From assembly GCF_009914755.1 (NCBI RefSeq), contig NC_060934.1: a DNA stretch of 64,000 nucleotides. One strand, 5' to 3'. The stretch is from the human T2T-CHM13v2.0 reference genome, Homo sapiens. Under the pieces are notes generated by a model. That model had not been told where the DNA came from and did no database searches. It worked only from the letters and a program-made list of their open reading frames with translations. This document shows positions 39,812 through 57,483 of this stretch, in pieces (within the stretch, counting starts at the first letter, position 1; each line of letters opens with the position of its first letter). Made by a program: the position numbers and the translations under genes.

Positions 39812-40237
39812 AGTCTTAGTTTGGGTTACCCAAGAAACAAATTCTTTGATGAGATTCACAGGTAAGAAGTTCTTAGAAAAATGTTTTCAGGGACAACACC
39901 TATAGAAGTGAAGAAGCAGATTGAGTAGGGAAAGGGATTAAAGTGTGATACAGCTGCAATAAAGTTCTCAAAGGGAGCTCTGGAACTTGGATTATCTTTC
40001 AAAGTTTCCTGTTGGAGTAAAGGAGTCATATTTTGTTCCCCTACATAAACGATTGATTGAATTCTGACTAGTCCTATAGTGAAAATTCACCTTGGGTGAG
40101 GCTACTCCCTATTGCTGAGGGTAATTTCTGGAGAGGTATCCAACTATGAGCTATCAGCATTCAACTCTCCACTGCTATGTAATAAAGTCATTATTCTGGA
40201 ATAGGAATCTAGGCATCAAACCACAGTGGACACTACA
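39812..40237 (-). mobile_element. LTR16A-like 5' LTR of the ERVL remnant
   Basis: GTCTTAGTTTGGGTTACCC...GGGAGCTCTGGA...CCTTGGGTGAGGC...GCTGAGGGTAATTTCTGGAGAGG...CCACAG matches the antisense of LTR16A. Confidence 0.8.
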
Positions 40238-40359
40238 CCTGTAAAATAGAAGAAAAAGGAAAAATTTGGGGGTTTGGGAGATTGGGAGTTATTTGTATTT
40301 ATTTGTATAATTATTTTCACATATCTTATCATTTTGATTACACAGAGATTCATCTATAA

Positions 40360-40563
40360 CAGAGGTCAGAAAACTTTTTCTTAAAGGCCTAGATAGTAAA
40401 TATTTTAGACTTTATGGGCCATATACAGTTTCTATTGCATATTCTCTTCATCACCTGCTTTGTACAACACTTCAAAATATATTAAAAACATGCTTAGCTT
40501 GCAGACCACAAGAAAAAAAGCATCAGCCAGGTTTGGCCCTCAGGCCATAGTTTGCCAATCCTG
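40360..40563. mobile_element. MER58 (hAT-Charlie) MITE
   Basis: CAGAGGTCAGAAAACTTTTTC...AGATAGTAAATATTTTAG...GGCCATAGTTTGCCAATCCTG with terminal inverted repeats. Confidence 0.85.
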
Positions 40564-40654
40564 TTTTACACAGGTATTACACGTCAGCCAGCAATAATCC
40601 CCTATCTTTCACATTCTTTCATAGAATTCTAATATAATAATCAGATAAAGACCA

Positions 40655-40880
40655 ACTAATATTTAGTGTGGCTTTTTATGTCTAAAACAAAATTGTAACT
40701 GTATCAATTCATTTCATTTTCGCAACTCTGTAAATAGTCTTATCATCCCTATTTATACATGAGAAAACTGTGACACAGAAAGGAGAAGTAACTTCTGTAA
40801 AGGCACATAACTAGTAGATATTGAAGCCAGCATTTCAATCTAGGAAATTTGACCCCAAAGTCCACAGTAATAACCATTGT
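40655..40880 (-). mobile_element. MIR
   Basis: ATCATCCCTATTTATACATGAGAAAACTGTGACACAGA...CTAGTA...GCCAGCATTTCAA. Confidence 0.7.
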
Positions 40881-41078
40881 GTATATTCTATATATTTCCA
40901 TTTGTTAGGAAATGAAGACCAAGCTCCTCAGCATGATATATGAGACTTTTTATAATCTATAACCACTGCCTTTTAGGAAAACTGTTTGGTCTTCCAGATG
41001 CTGCTCAAGACTCGTCTTTTCTCTACTGTCTTACTTGTTTCTACCTCTTTCTTTACTTACCCACATTCTTATCCCCAC

Positions 41079-41458
41079 TATATTAGTCCATTCTCACACT
41101 GCTATAAAGACTCACCTGAGACTGGGTGATTTATTAAAAAAAAAAAAAAAGAGGTTTAATTGACTCACAGTTCTGCATGGCTGAGGAGGCCTAGGGAAAC
41201 TTACAATTATGGTAGAAGGGAAAGTGGGCACATATTACATGGCAGCAGGAGAGAGAGAGCAAGCAACAGCAAGGAAAACTGACTTATAAAACAATCAGAT
41301 CTTGTGAGAACTCATTCACCGTCAGGAGAAGAGTATGGGCGAAACCACTCCCACGATCCAATCATCTCCCACCCGTTTTTCTCCCTGGATACGTGGGGAT
41401 TATGGGAATTATAATTTGAGATGAGATTTGGGTGGGCAAACAGAGCCAAACCGTATTA
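41079..41458 (-). mobile_element. THE1D/MSTA-type solo LTR with 5-bp TSD CCCAC
   Basis: TATATTAGTCCATTCTCACACTGCTATAAAG...CAGAGCCAAACCGTATTA; CCCAC at 41074-41078 and 41459-41463. Confidence 0.93.
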
Positions 41459-41829
41459 CCCACCATTATTGGTTCTTATTTATGTATTAAGACTCAGTAC
41501 ATGTCATCGTTTTTGGCAAATCTTCTTGACATTTCCACCCTAAATAAAAATCTGTCCATCTGCTTCTCCTTGTACTTTGTACACTTCTTAGCAGCTATAA
41601 TATTATTTTATAAATATTCACGCCCACATCTACCTCCCTCCCTTTCTAGCTCAGCATTGCTTTTGGGATTTTTGTTCACTTGTTTGTTTGTTTTTCTGGT
41701 TTCAGGTTGCGCTCATTGATGTGGTGTGAAATTAATTTAGTGGGTTATAAAAAGCATTTTTAACAAAATGCAATAAAAATATCACATAGCATAGGTAAAT
41801 ATATTTCTATAAATTTTTTGTGTCAGTTT

Positions 41830-41884
<55 letters not shown>
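41830..41884. repeat. Compound (TC)n(TG)n microsatellite
   Basis: About 9 TC units followed by about 18 TG units. Confidence 0.97.
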
Positions 41885-41886
<2 letters not shown>

Positions 41887-42117
41887 TTGAAGCCTGGAAT
41901 TAGCTACCAACTATTAGGTCCCCATGATTTTTAAATATATATCCACCAAAGCCAACCAAGTTTGGAAAATGTGATCATTGTACCCAATATGATTATTCCT
42001 AATAAGTTCTTTAAGTTTTAGATGTTTGTTCTCAATTATAAATAATGTGTTGCAAAAAAATACTAGCACATATTGTACTTTAGTGAGCATTTTAAGCAAT
42101 TAAAAAGTAGGTAATTC

Positions 42118-42385
42118 CGCCTGTAATCCCAGCACTTTGGGAGGATGAGGCGGGCAGATCACAAGCTCAGGAGTTTGAGACCAGCCTGACCAACATGGTG
42201 AAACCCTGTCTCTACTAAAAATACAAAAATTAGCTGGGTGTGGTGGCGCATGCCTGTAATCCCAGCTTCTCAGGAGGCTGAGGCAAGAGAATCACTTGAA
42301 CCCAGGAGGAGGAGGTTGCAGTGAGCTGAGATCACGCCACTGCACTCCAGCCTGGGTGACAGAGCAAGACTCAGTCTAAAAAAAA
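42118..42385 (+). mobile_element. Alu (AluSg-like) lacking the first ~20 nt
   Basis: Begins CGCCTGTAATCCCAGCAC; flanks AAAAAGTAGGTAATT / AAAAATTCGGTAATT as decayed TSD. Confidence 0.93.
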
Positions 42386-43702
42386 TTCGGTAATTTCTCC
42401 ATATATCTGAAGGTGCCTGAAAATAATGTGAAGTATTGAGAAACTTGGAATTCCTAGATCATGCATTATGATTTACCTGGTAACCAAAATGCCTCCATCT
42501 CCTTTGATCATGTAAGGAAGAAAATTAACTTAACCTACCATTTAAGGGTTTACATTCAGTGTAAAATATCAGTATAAAATATTGTTATTTATGAAAAGTG
42601 GGAGTTCCCTTCCTGGAAGGCTTTAAGGAAGGGTTGCCAAAACTTTCTAATCACTTATGTTGATATCATCCAAAAATTGTTATGAGAACTGGATCTTTAA
42701 GGACTCTAAAATAATCACACTTATCAGCATAGTTAATGCCTGTAAAAACCTAGAAGTTTTTTCTGAATATGCAAGAGCCATCTGTGGACAATAATGCAAT
42801 TACTCAGTTTGGCTAATCTCTTCAAGTTTCTTGAGAATACTCTATTCTCTGATGGTGTTTTTAATCAGACTTAACGTGTATTACTTATACGGTTGTGACC
42901 TTTGTGAGAAAAGAAAAAAAGCACCTAAATTTAAACAAAACCTGTCATTCTCTACATTCTCTGTGCAGAAACAATGTTAAGTTTAACCTGAAATGTTAAG
43001 AGTTTAATAACTTCTTGTTTTGCTCTTTTAAAGGGGGTATTTTCCAGCATTCTTTTTTTAAAAAAATAAAGAAAAAAACATTGAGTTTTTATTTATGTAA
43101 TTATAAAATAGTGCTTGTACTCAAGTCAGGAGAGTAAAAGTGGGGGGGGGTCACTAATATTCATTATTTGAAAGAATTTTTAGAATCACCTGAATTTGAG
43201 GTACTTGTCATGGCTATAGACCTGTTTTGATGATATTTTTAAAATTTTTATTCACTTTATGCAATAACATTCAGTTTTATTTAATGATAATTAGTGCATT
43301 TATAAATTAGAAACCTGTAAAACAATAATACCTACTTTGAATTCACCAGTATAACAGAAAGAAACTGGACATATCAATAATATAATAGCACTGGAATTTT
43401 TAATGAGAACATGATAATTAATGACTTTTTAGAAACAATCTTAAACATGTTATTTATAAATGATATCAAGGTAAAATAGTAGTAACTTAGAAAACAGCAG
43501 ATAAGGATGTAAAACAAAATGAAATTCTCAATTTGTCATGTTAATTAGTGTACTTACTCTCTCACTTGTCTTTCTATGAGAAGAGATTATAGCATCTTCA
43601 CAGCAACTCAGGGGAAAGTAAATGATTGAAAAGTAGATTGATTTTCTTTACTGATTTACATGTGTTTTTAAGTTTTCATAGGGGCTTAAAGCATTTGGTT
43701 GC

Positions 43703-46028
43703 TGCATTAGTCCATTCTCACCCTCTATAAAGAAATATCTGAGACTGGGCAATTTATAAAGAAAAGAGGTTTAATTGGCTCATGGTTCTGCAGGCTGTGT
43801 AGGAAGCATAGTGGATTCTAGGGAAGCATCAGGAAACTCTCAACCCTGGCAGAAGGCAAAGGGGGAGCAAGTGTGTCTTACATGGCCAGTGCAGGAGGAA
43901 GAGAGATAAGGGTGAGGTGCTATACACTTTTAAAAACCAGATCTTGTAAGCACTCACTCCTTGTAACAAGAGCAGCACTGAGGGGGAAAATCCTCCCTCA
44001 TAATCCAATAACCTCCCACCAAGCCCCACCTCCAAATGGGGATTATAATTTAACATGAGATTTGGGATGGGACACAGAACCAAATCATATTATTCTACCC
44101 TTGGCCCCCTCAAAATCTCACGGCCTTCTCACATTGCAACACACAATCATGTCTTCCCAACTGTCCCCCAAAGTTTTAACTCATTCTAACATTAACTCAA
44201 AAGTCCAAAGTCTCACCTGAGACAAGGCTAATCCCTTCCAGCTATGAGCCCATAAAATCAAAAACAAGTAAGTTACTTCCAAGATACAATGGAGCTATAG
44301 CAATTGAGTAAATATTCCCATTCCAAAATGAGGAGATCAGCTAAAAGAAAGTGGCTACAGGCCCCATGCATGTTCAAAACCCATCAGGGAAGTCATTAAA
44401 TCTTAAAGCTCCAAATAATCTCCTTTGATTCCATGTCTCACATCCAGGATACACTGATGCAAGGGGTAGGCTCCTGAGGTCTTGAGTAGCTTCACCCCTG
44501 TGATTTTGCAGGGTTCTGCCCCCACAGCTGATGGTGTTGAGTGTCTGCATCCCTTTCAGGCACATGGTGCAAGCTGTCAGTGGCTCTACCATTCTGGTTT
44601 CTGGAGGATGGTGACCCTCTTCTCACAGCTCCAGTATCCCAGTAAGAACTCTACATGGGGGCTCCAACCCCATATTTTCCCTTCTCACTGCCTAGTAAGA
44701 GTTCTCCATGAGGGTTCCAGCCCTGCAGCAGGCTTCTGCCTGGACAACCAAGCATTTTCATGCATCCTCTGAAATCTAGGCAGAGGCTCCCAAGCCTCAA
44801 CCCTTGCAACTGTGTACCAATAGACTTAATACCATGTGGAAGTTGCCAAGGCTTATGGCTTTTACCCTCTGAAGCAGTGGCCCTTTTAGCCATAGTTGGA
44901 GCTGAAGTGGCTGGAATGCAGGGAGCAGTGTCCCAGGCTGTGCATGACAGTGGGGCCCTGGGCTTGGCCTATGAAACCATTCTTCCCTTCTAGGCCTCAG
45001 GCCTGTGATGGGAGGGGCTGTTGAAGAGGTCTCTGAAGTGCCTCTTAGGCCTGCTTCTCATTATCTGATTATTAGCAATTGACTTCTATTTGCTTTTGCA
45101 AACTTCTACAGCCTGCTTGAATTCCTCCCCTGAAAAATGGATTTTTCTTTTCTATGACATGGCCAGGCTGCAAATTTCCAAACTTTTACACTCTGTGTGC
45201 CTTTTAGATATAAGTTTCAGTTTCAGATAATTTCTGTGTTCCTGCATATGAGCATGGGCTTTTAGAAACAGCCAAGCCACATCTTGAACACTTTACTTAC
45301 AAATTTCTTCTGCCAGATACCTTAAATCATCTCTCTCAAGTTCAAAGTTCCACATATCCCTAGAACAGGTGCACAATGCTGACAGTCTCTTTGCTAAAGC
45401 ATAGCAAAAGTGCCTTTACTTCAGTTCCCAATAAGTTCTTCATTTCCATCTGAGACCTCCTCAGCCTGAACTTCACTGTCCATATTACTATCAGCATTTT
45501 GGTGACAACCATTCAACAAGTCTCTAGGAAGTTCCATACTTTCCCTTGTCTTCCTGTCTTCTTCTAAGTTCTCCAAACTCTTCCAACCTCTGCCCATTAC
45601 CCAGTCCCAAAGCTGCTTCCACATTTTTTTAATCTTTATAGCAATACCCTTCTCCTTGGTACCAATTTTCTGTATTAGTTTATTCTTGCACTGCTAAAAA
45701 TAAATACATGAAACTGAGTAATTTAAAATGAAAAGAGATTTAATTGGCTCACAGTTCTACAGGCTTTATAGGAAGCATAGTAGCTTCTAGGGAGGCCTCA
45801 GGAAACTTTCAATCATGGCAGAAGGTGAAGAGCAAGAAATAGAGGGAGAGGTGCTACACACTTTTAAACAACCAAATCTCATGCTAACCCAGTCACTGTC
45901 ATGACAGTAGCACCTAAGAGGAAATCCGTTCCCATAATTCAGTCACCTTCCACAAAACCCCACCTCCAACACTAGGGATTACAATTTGACAAGAGATGTC
46001 TGTCGGACCACAGCTCCAAACCATATCA
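43703..46028 (-). mobile_element. Full-length MSTA-like MaLR: 3' LTR 43703-44092, internal 44093-45670, 5' LTR 45671-46028; TSD GTTGC
   Basis: Two homologous LTRs and MaLR internal sequence; GTTGC at 43698-43702 and 46029-46033. Confidence 0.95.
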
Positions 46029-49000
46029 GTTGCTATGGTTGTTGTTTACTTGTTCTTAATAGCCTTTTGAATGGAGAATAGGTGAGTTATTGAGATATGA
46101 GAAGTTAGTAGATGTGTTGTTAGAAACTTGGCATTTCAGTAGAGGATCATCTATTCCAAGAATTTTACCCTTACCCTAAGACACATAAAATAGGTGTATA
46201 ATTTAATATGAGAGAGAAAGGTACACAAGGCTATACTTAATTTCTGGCCCATTAATTCTAACCTACAATCCTTTTTTTCTCTTTTAGTCAAGAGAGCTTA
46301 TCTAGAAGCTGAAGAAAATTCAAGTAAAATTATTAAAATGTGAGCCTTTAATCCAGTCTATTAAAAATATGTATTTCTCGAACTTTACTATTTTAACTTT
46401 TATTTGTAATAAATTACTCGGTATGCCTCACAACCAATCCCAACACATCAGAGTGTTACTAATCATATCCAACACATTTTAGCAAAGTTCCTTGTGCAGT
46501 TGTAATGGGGGGCCACTTTAAGATACATCTCCGTTGCTCACATCAAAACTGAAATATTGCCCTTTAAATCCAGTTTAAGTAATTTTATGCAAGGATGGCT
46601 GAAGACTGAAGCTTCCTTAAGCTATTCTGTTCATAACTCTGACTTTGAAAGCTGATAAAGTGATTCACTCAGGCTGCTGTACAAACTGAATAACTGCTCA
46701 CTGTGCCAGGATAAGGATTAGACACAATACCCTGTGTCAGGGCATAGATCTTAGGCAGGAGAGAAAGAACATCAGCGCTTGGGTATTGCCATTAAGAGAC
46801 TCAGATTTATTCTTAACCCCTCCTTGGATAGAAAGACTAATGATACATTTATAAAGAAGCCTGAAAGCATTCTTAAAGTGAGTGATTTTTCTGCATTTCA
46901 AACCAGAGTTTCACATAGGTCTCAAAGCTAGCCAAGATAAAATGTCAAAAATATGAACACAAAGAATTTGTGTGTGCAAGTACGTGATGTCATTAGCCTG
47001 TAAAGATGTCATTCTACTTAAGATGACCTTCCAACCAGATGATTTTCCTGACCCAGATTTTTCACTTTAATAGTGCCATTTTCTTCCTACCTGTCTAAAT
47101 GCTGATTTGGTTTTCATCTATATGTGTCAGAAAATAAATCTGAAAACAATATTTCCTACTTTTTAGACATCATCAATAAAGTTATAAAAAAACACGTTTC
47201 TGCAAGTAAAAAACTATTAACTCTTCTTAGAATAAAACTGGAGCATTCTATAAGGCAGCTTCCCTATAAAATCTTGAAAGGGTCAAAAATTCTTGCCAGG
47301 TAATGAGTTCTAGAATTTGGATTGCAGGACTGAACTAATGCTAGTTAATCTACTTAAAGCACCTTCAAGAAGAGCATATTCTTAGAGAGTACTTAGGGTC
47401 CAGCCAGAGACACTGAAATCAGCCTGCTTGCCAGCTGCAACTATACTGATATAACAAATTTAAGGGCCAGAAGCCAAACAGAAAGTAAAAACAGAACACA
47501 AGTAGGGTTGGGGGCCAAGCACAAAGGATTATGGGCAATTGATTTAAATAAATTTTAATGAATTATTTTAATGAATAATAAAAAAAACTGAGTTCAGAAA
47601 ATGAATAAACCTGGCTTAAAAGTATGAGGATATCAGGCAAAAATTCTGAAGATATTATTAAAAACTTTCTTCGGATAGACACTGGCTTTATGCAAAAATA
47701 ACGTGTGATTTAAGGGTTTTAAAAACAGTTTTCTTCTTAAAACCATCTGATTTCTTGACCAGTCACATTCCTAGTGCTTCTGTATGTCTTTGTAATATTA
47801 TGGATGTTCCTTCACTTCCCATAATTCCTGAGAGGGACAGTGTAACATAACTACAGAATGTCATATCCTGGAAATAGCTGATTGGCCTAGTAATGCACAT
47901 TTAATCCAAAACTTGGCAATCCGTTGCCTAATCAAGGATCAATGATAGTATCTTTCTCAAAAAAGAAATTAGATATATCTTAACTGTACTTAGTGATTGG
48001 AAGGTGCTTAAGGTGAAAGGCTATGTTGACACTAAGATTTCCAAACATCTAGTATATTTAGATAACTAAGGAAAAGAAGCCAATTCAGATAAGGGGAGTG
48101 AAGCAGATGTAAAGAGACAGAGGTTCTAAAAAAGGTGAGAGCAACATGGGAAGTCTGTCTGCCTTGGTATTTGACAGCTTATCAGGTTTCAGCTATAATT
48201 TGTGTGAAGCCTACCTGCATATAATTTGTTCAGTGACATCTCCATATCCTTACATCAAATCCACCCTTCTTTATTTGTGCAAACCAGAATGGACTTATAT
48301 CTCTTTCACCCAAAAAGGCTTCAGATAAAGAGCATAATTATTAGAGTAATTCTTACACATTATCTCCAGTATTTTCAGAGGGCACTGAGTGGTCAAAGAA
48401 GTTATGTAAAGAGAAAGGTAACTCTGGGAAAGAGCACAGAAAAGGAATTAAAGAAAATACTAAGGATAAATTACGGCAAAATCAACATTTTCGTGGAAGT
48501 TCAGCCTTTGTACTCTGAACTATTTGTGCTGGAACATATGTACATTTGCCAAAAAAAAAGTGTAAAATATCATAGATTCATCATGTGGCTTTAAATTACT
48601 GTAATTTTTAATGGGCTTATAATTAATTTCACTCACAGCTTATAATTGATCAAAATGATTGTCTATTTATCCATATTCTTTTTCCCTTATATTCCTTGTT
48701 CTCCACATTTACAAAGATTCTTTTCTATTCTCCTCAAGGAAAATGCTGGAATATCTTATTTCTTTACACGACAAGATGAATTCTAGCTGAGTTTTAATAC
48801 AATTGAGCAGGTAAAGTGAAAAGGGACAATTTCCTTATTTTCATAATGAAAAAAATAGAAAATTGGGTAATTTTTCCTCTGAGTTTTTAGGAGAAGAAAG
48901 ATCCAAAGGGAAAATGTACTGCCGAAAGAAAGACTTTTTAAAAAAATCAATACTTGTTGACTGCAATATGCAAAATTATGAATAAGAAAGAATAGCCAGA

Positions 49001-49235
49001 AATTCTTGTTCATCAGACAGGTATTTCCAAATTCAAAACAGAGGCCCCAAAATAAGACCTCTAGGAAATGGCAAAATTGGTGTTTGAAAACCATGTAAGG
49101 CTTTCTTTCTTTTAAAGAGTGAATAGTAGAGTACGGAGGTTTTTTTGAAGTTGTCTTGTTCAATTTCTGTATTTAAGTATGTATGTGTGTGGTGTTTTGT
49201 TTTCTCCCTTTTTATACACTTGAGTAAATTAGTGA

Positions 49236-49627
<392 letters not shown>

Positions 49628-50377
49628 CTGTCTTCTAAATTATCAATAGTTCCTTTACTTTCTTCTTTCCTTGTTTTTGATGTAGGAATCCAAGCTTGCT
49701 GGACCACTGGAGAGCTGGAGATGGACTGATGGTTAGGGACATCTGGGCATAGATTACCTTCCTAACTCCCACCCTATAAAAATAGGATCTTGGTGGTGCT
49801 AAGTATGATGCAAGAATCAGGAGAGCTTAATGTTTGTAAACAGATCATTGAAGAGAAGCACTTACATTGGTAGCATAAGAATATTGATGTACAGAGCCTG
49901 AATACAAAAGACTAAATTTCACAGATTTTTCTTAACGCTTTTAGAGTCCTACATGTGTAGACAGTGTTTTCAATAGCCTCATGCCTTGTAGGAAAACCAA
50001 CGACAAAGGAAAATAGAGACCAAGATAAGCTACACCTGTATGTATTCTCCATGACCAGTTTCAGCCTTTTAAGTACGTATCCTTGATTACATATGCCAGC
50101 CATTTATTAGAATATATGAAATGTGTGTGGTCTCTTAAAATCAACTTGTAATCAAACTGAAATATTTAGTTCTTCTTCCAATGTTTATAAAGTATTTTTT
50201 TAATTCTTTTTTTTCTTCCTAGTTAAAATAATTTGTTTGAAACTTTGAGATGTTTTTCCATGCGCACAGATTTAGCTATGGCTCTTGGACTTTAATTGTG
50301 GGGTACTTTCATTACTTTTATTTCCAGGTTGTCCTTTTGTTTTAATGGCCAATGAGAATTAGGGTATCAATAGATTA

Positions 50378-50423
50378 TAGATAAATAGATAGATAGATAG
50401 ATAGATAGATAGATCGATAGATA
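50378..50423. repeat. (GATA)n tetranucleotide STR
   Basis: TAGATAAATAGATAGATAGA...GATCGATAGATA. Confidence 0.95.
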
Positions 50424-51304
50424 ATATATTGTTCTGGATTTTTAAAGTTATTTTTAATTATTACTTTCTAATTGTATTGCAATGCTAACAGAAAATCATC
50501 CAAAACTTTATCTTATCCTTTTCAGGAATAGACTACTCCTCTGACTACAGGCATTTTAGAATAGTTACAGAAGAAAAAGCAGAGGCCAAGTTCACCATTT
50601 ATGTCTGTTCAAAAACCAGCTAAGTTATGTCCTTCTTCATGATCTCCTAAAACTCCCGTCGCGTACTTTCTAGGGAAAGAAAAGCAGGTATAACACCATT
50701 CAGTATGTAGTTCTCCAAGTGAAACTCTAAGGGGAAAATATTAAATAGGACTTGGATAGGTGGGAAGGAAGTTAAGTAGCTTATTGGGCAAATGTTAAAC
50801 AAAAAAAGCTGGAATGGTTATATTAATTTCAGACAAGGCCCAAATCAAGAGAAAAATGGCAAAGCAGATAAAAACACCATTTAATTATGATTACAAAACC
50901 CCATCAATCATATTCTACCAATAGTATAGCATCAATAAAAGCATACATCTTAGGCCACACAAAGAGAAGCATAATATTGTAGATTATTGAAATTTACTCA
51001 ATTTTTATATATTTGGTGGATAAAAAATTAAGTAAATACATAGAATATGTATCTGTTAATCCAGTGGCTTGCCATGACATACAAGAGCCTCCTTCTAACG
51101 CCTTACACTCCTGCCCATCTCTCCACCTGAAATCATACACATGTCCAATACTTCAAGTTTCTTAAACAATGTGTCATTGCTTCCAGTTTGCATTCCCACC
51201 ATTCTGCCTTGGGGAATGCTTTTTCTTCTCTTTGGAGTGCACTTATCATCTCCTTACTCCACTTAAGCTAATTCCACTGTTAAAATTATGCCAATATATG
51301 TAAG

Positions 51305-51530
51305 GTAGTACCTTGGGATAAGTAGAAGCATGGGTTATGGAGTCAGACCTGGTTAAGATCTCATTTACTGCAAGATATTTGAAATGGTATTTAACCTACA
51401 ATGTCTCATTGTCCGTGTTTGTAAACTAAGAATAGTAACAACTTAACTCATAGGCCTATGCTGAGAATTAAATGAGAATATTCTATACTGGAAAAACATG
51501 CAAACAAGTTATTAAACATATTGGACTATT
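51305..51530 (+). mobile_element. MIR
   Basis: AGCATGGGTTATGGAGTCAGACCTGGTT...TGTAAACTAAGAATAGTAA...TGAGAATTAAATGAG. Confidence 0.7.
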
Positions 51531-52199
51531 AAAGTATGTTGTTTTAAGGCAGTATAAAACATATTAGAAATTGTCATTTAATCTGTTAAAATCTCCAGAC
51601 ATACACATACACATACACACACACACAACCAAAAATATTTTAAATTTCACTAATACACTAAATCTGAAATCCTGGCCAATGGTCAGACAAGACCAATAAC
51701 TTATTATATTTAATCTTAAATCATTTCTAGTAGATTGTGCCTATAATGATCAAAAGTATTAGAGTGCCCTGTAGAAGAAGAATTTCTTATAAATAAATAA
51801 TTTTAAATATGTATAAGGTAAACACATTTCCTCCCGTCTTCATATTGAAACCTAAATTAGCACATCAAAGAACTTAATAAACCTATTATTTTGGGGAATA
51901 AACTTACTCTATTTAAACTTGAGACAGATAATACTCTAGATAATATTCAAGATCTCAAATGAAAGCCAATCAAATAAACTGCATGTCAAGCCTACATTCA
52001 AAAATCTTCATTCACATCTCTAAAGGTGGAATTATAATGCTTATATAGTTAATCTTCCTCTATAACATTAGGAAAAGCAGTCCTTTGAGGCATCCAGGTG
52101 ATCCTAAGTTTCAACATCTTCAGAAACCCAACTCATACAATGTAGAGTCCAAATTTCCATTCTATCCTTATTTCCAGATGGAACAGTCAAAATCAAGAT

Positions 52200-52783
52200 T
52201 TACATATGAATTTATTACATTTAAATAATTTGGGTACAATGATAAATTTCATTGAGTTTAACACTTTCGACGTTTTCTAATTATTCAAAAATATATATGC
52301 TTATTTAAGAGACTTTTAGTATGCAGAAATATTTAAGGAAAAATAAATACCATTTATTCTACTGGTATTCAGGACAGTTCCTATTAATATTTTGCTACTT
52401 TTATTTACTAACTTGCTTACATATTTTTGTGAGTATTGTGTGTTCGTTGACAGACGACTGATTGTTTTCAATGTCAAAAGCTATAATCAATTTGCAGCTT
52501 TCCATGTAAACTAACAAATTGCCCTCCCGAAAAATTTCTGCAAATTTATAATCTAGCCAGCAGGCTTAAGAGCATTTGTTTCTCCACAACTTTACCAACA
52601 CTGCATAATATTACAAAATATCATTAGTTTTCTTAACATCTTGGTATGTAATTAAAAGATAAAGTCAATGATGTTAATATTAGCATTCGATTAATTGACT
52701 GTGTTTCTTTGGTTATTCTATTTTAAGAATCTTTGCTGTTTTTCTACTGAAAGAAAAACATTTTATTATTAAATTATAACAGT
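52200..52783 (-). mobile_element. Ancient L1 (L1ME-like) fragment, host of the L1PA7 insertion; continues at ~57170-57560
   Basis: CAAATTGCCCTCC...CTAGCCAGCAG...TCTCCACAACTTTACCAACACTG. Confidence 0.55.
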
Positions 52784-52789
52784 CTATAT

Positions 52790-56880
<4,091 letters not shown>

Positions 56881-57169
56881 AGAAAAGTTGGGTTACCCAC
56901 AAAGGGAAGACTATCAGACTAACAGCAGATCTCTCTGCAAAATCCCTATAAGCCAGAAGAGAGTGGGGGCTAATATTCAACATTCTTAAAGAAAAGAATT
57001 TTCAATCCAGAATTTCATATCCAGTCAAACTAAGCTTCATAAGTGAAGGAGAAATAAAATCCTTTACAAACAAGCAAATCCTGAGAGATTTTGTAACCAC
57101 AAGACCTGCTTTACAAGAGTTCCTGAAGAAAGCACTAAATATGGAAAGGAAAAACCAGTTCCAGCCACT
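56881..57169 (+). mobile_element. Inverted 5' segment (ORF1 3' part) of the same L1
   Basis: Sense-strand ORF1 sequence GGGTTACCCACAAAGGGAAG...CCAGCCACT abutting the minus-strand body. Confidence 0.92.
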
Positions 57170-57390
57170 ATATTTTGAATAATAATCATTGCCCACTTTT
57201 GAAAATGTTTATTTCTATTTTGGTGTTTTTAATTTATAGATTAAATTTTTTTAGGTAGAAATATATGTGTATGTGTACATGAATAACTTCTATTGCTTTT
57301 ACTCCTAGAATCTCCTTCTCCCAGAGATAGAAGACTACTCACATATATTTTTCCAGACTGTATCTGCTCATTTGTATTTTTGCCCTAAAT

Positions 57391-57483
57391 TTAAAATAAA
57401 TTCCTGATGTATTAAAGAGTTGAAACTGGGAGAAGGTTTCCACTTCCCTTTAAACTGTTTAATACATCAGAAATTTATTTTAA
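57391..57483. other. Inverted repeat/hairpin with 35-bp arms (32/35 complementary) and 23-nt spacer
   Basis: TTAAAATAAATTCCTGATGTATTAAAGAGTTGAAA (57391-57425) versus TTTAAACTGTTTAATACATCAGAAATTTATTTTAA (57449-57483). Confidence 0.95.
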
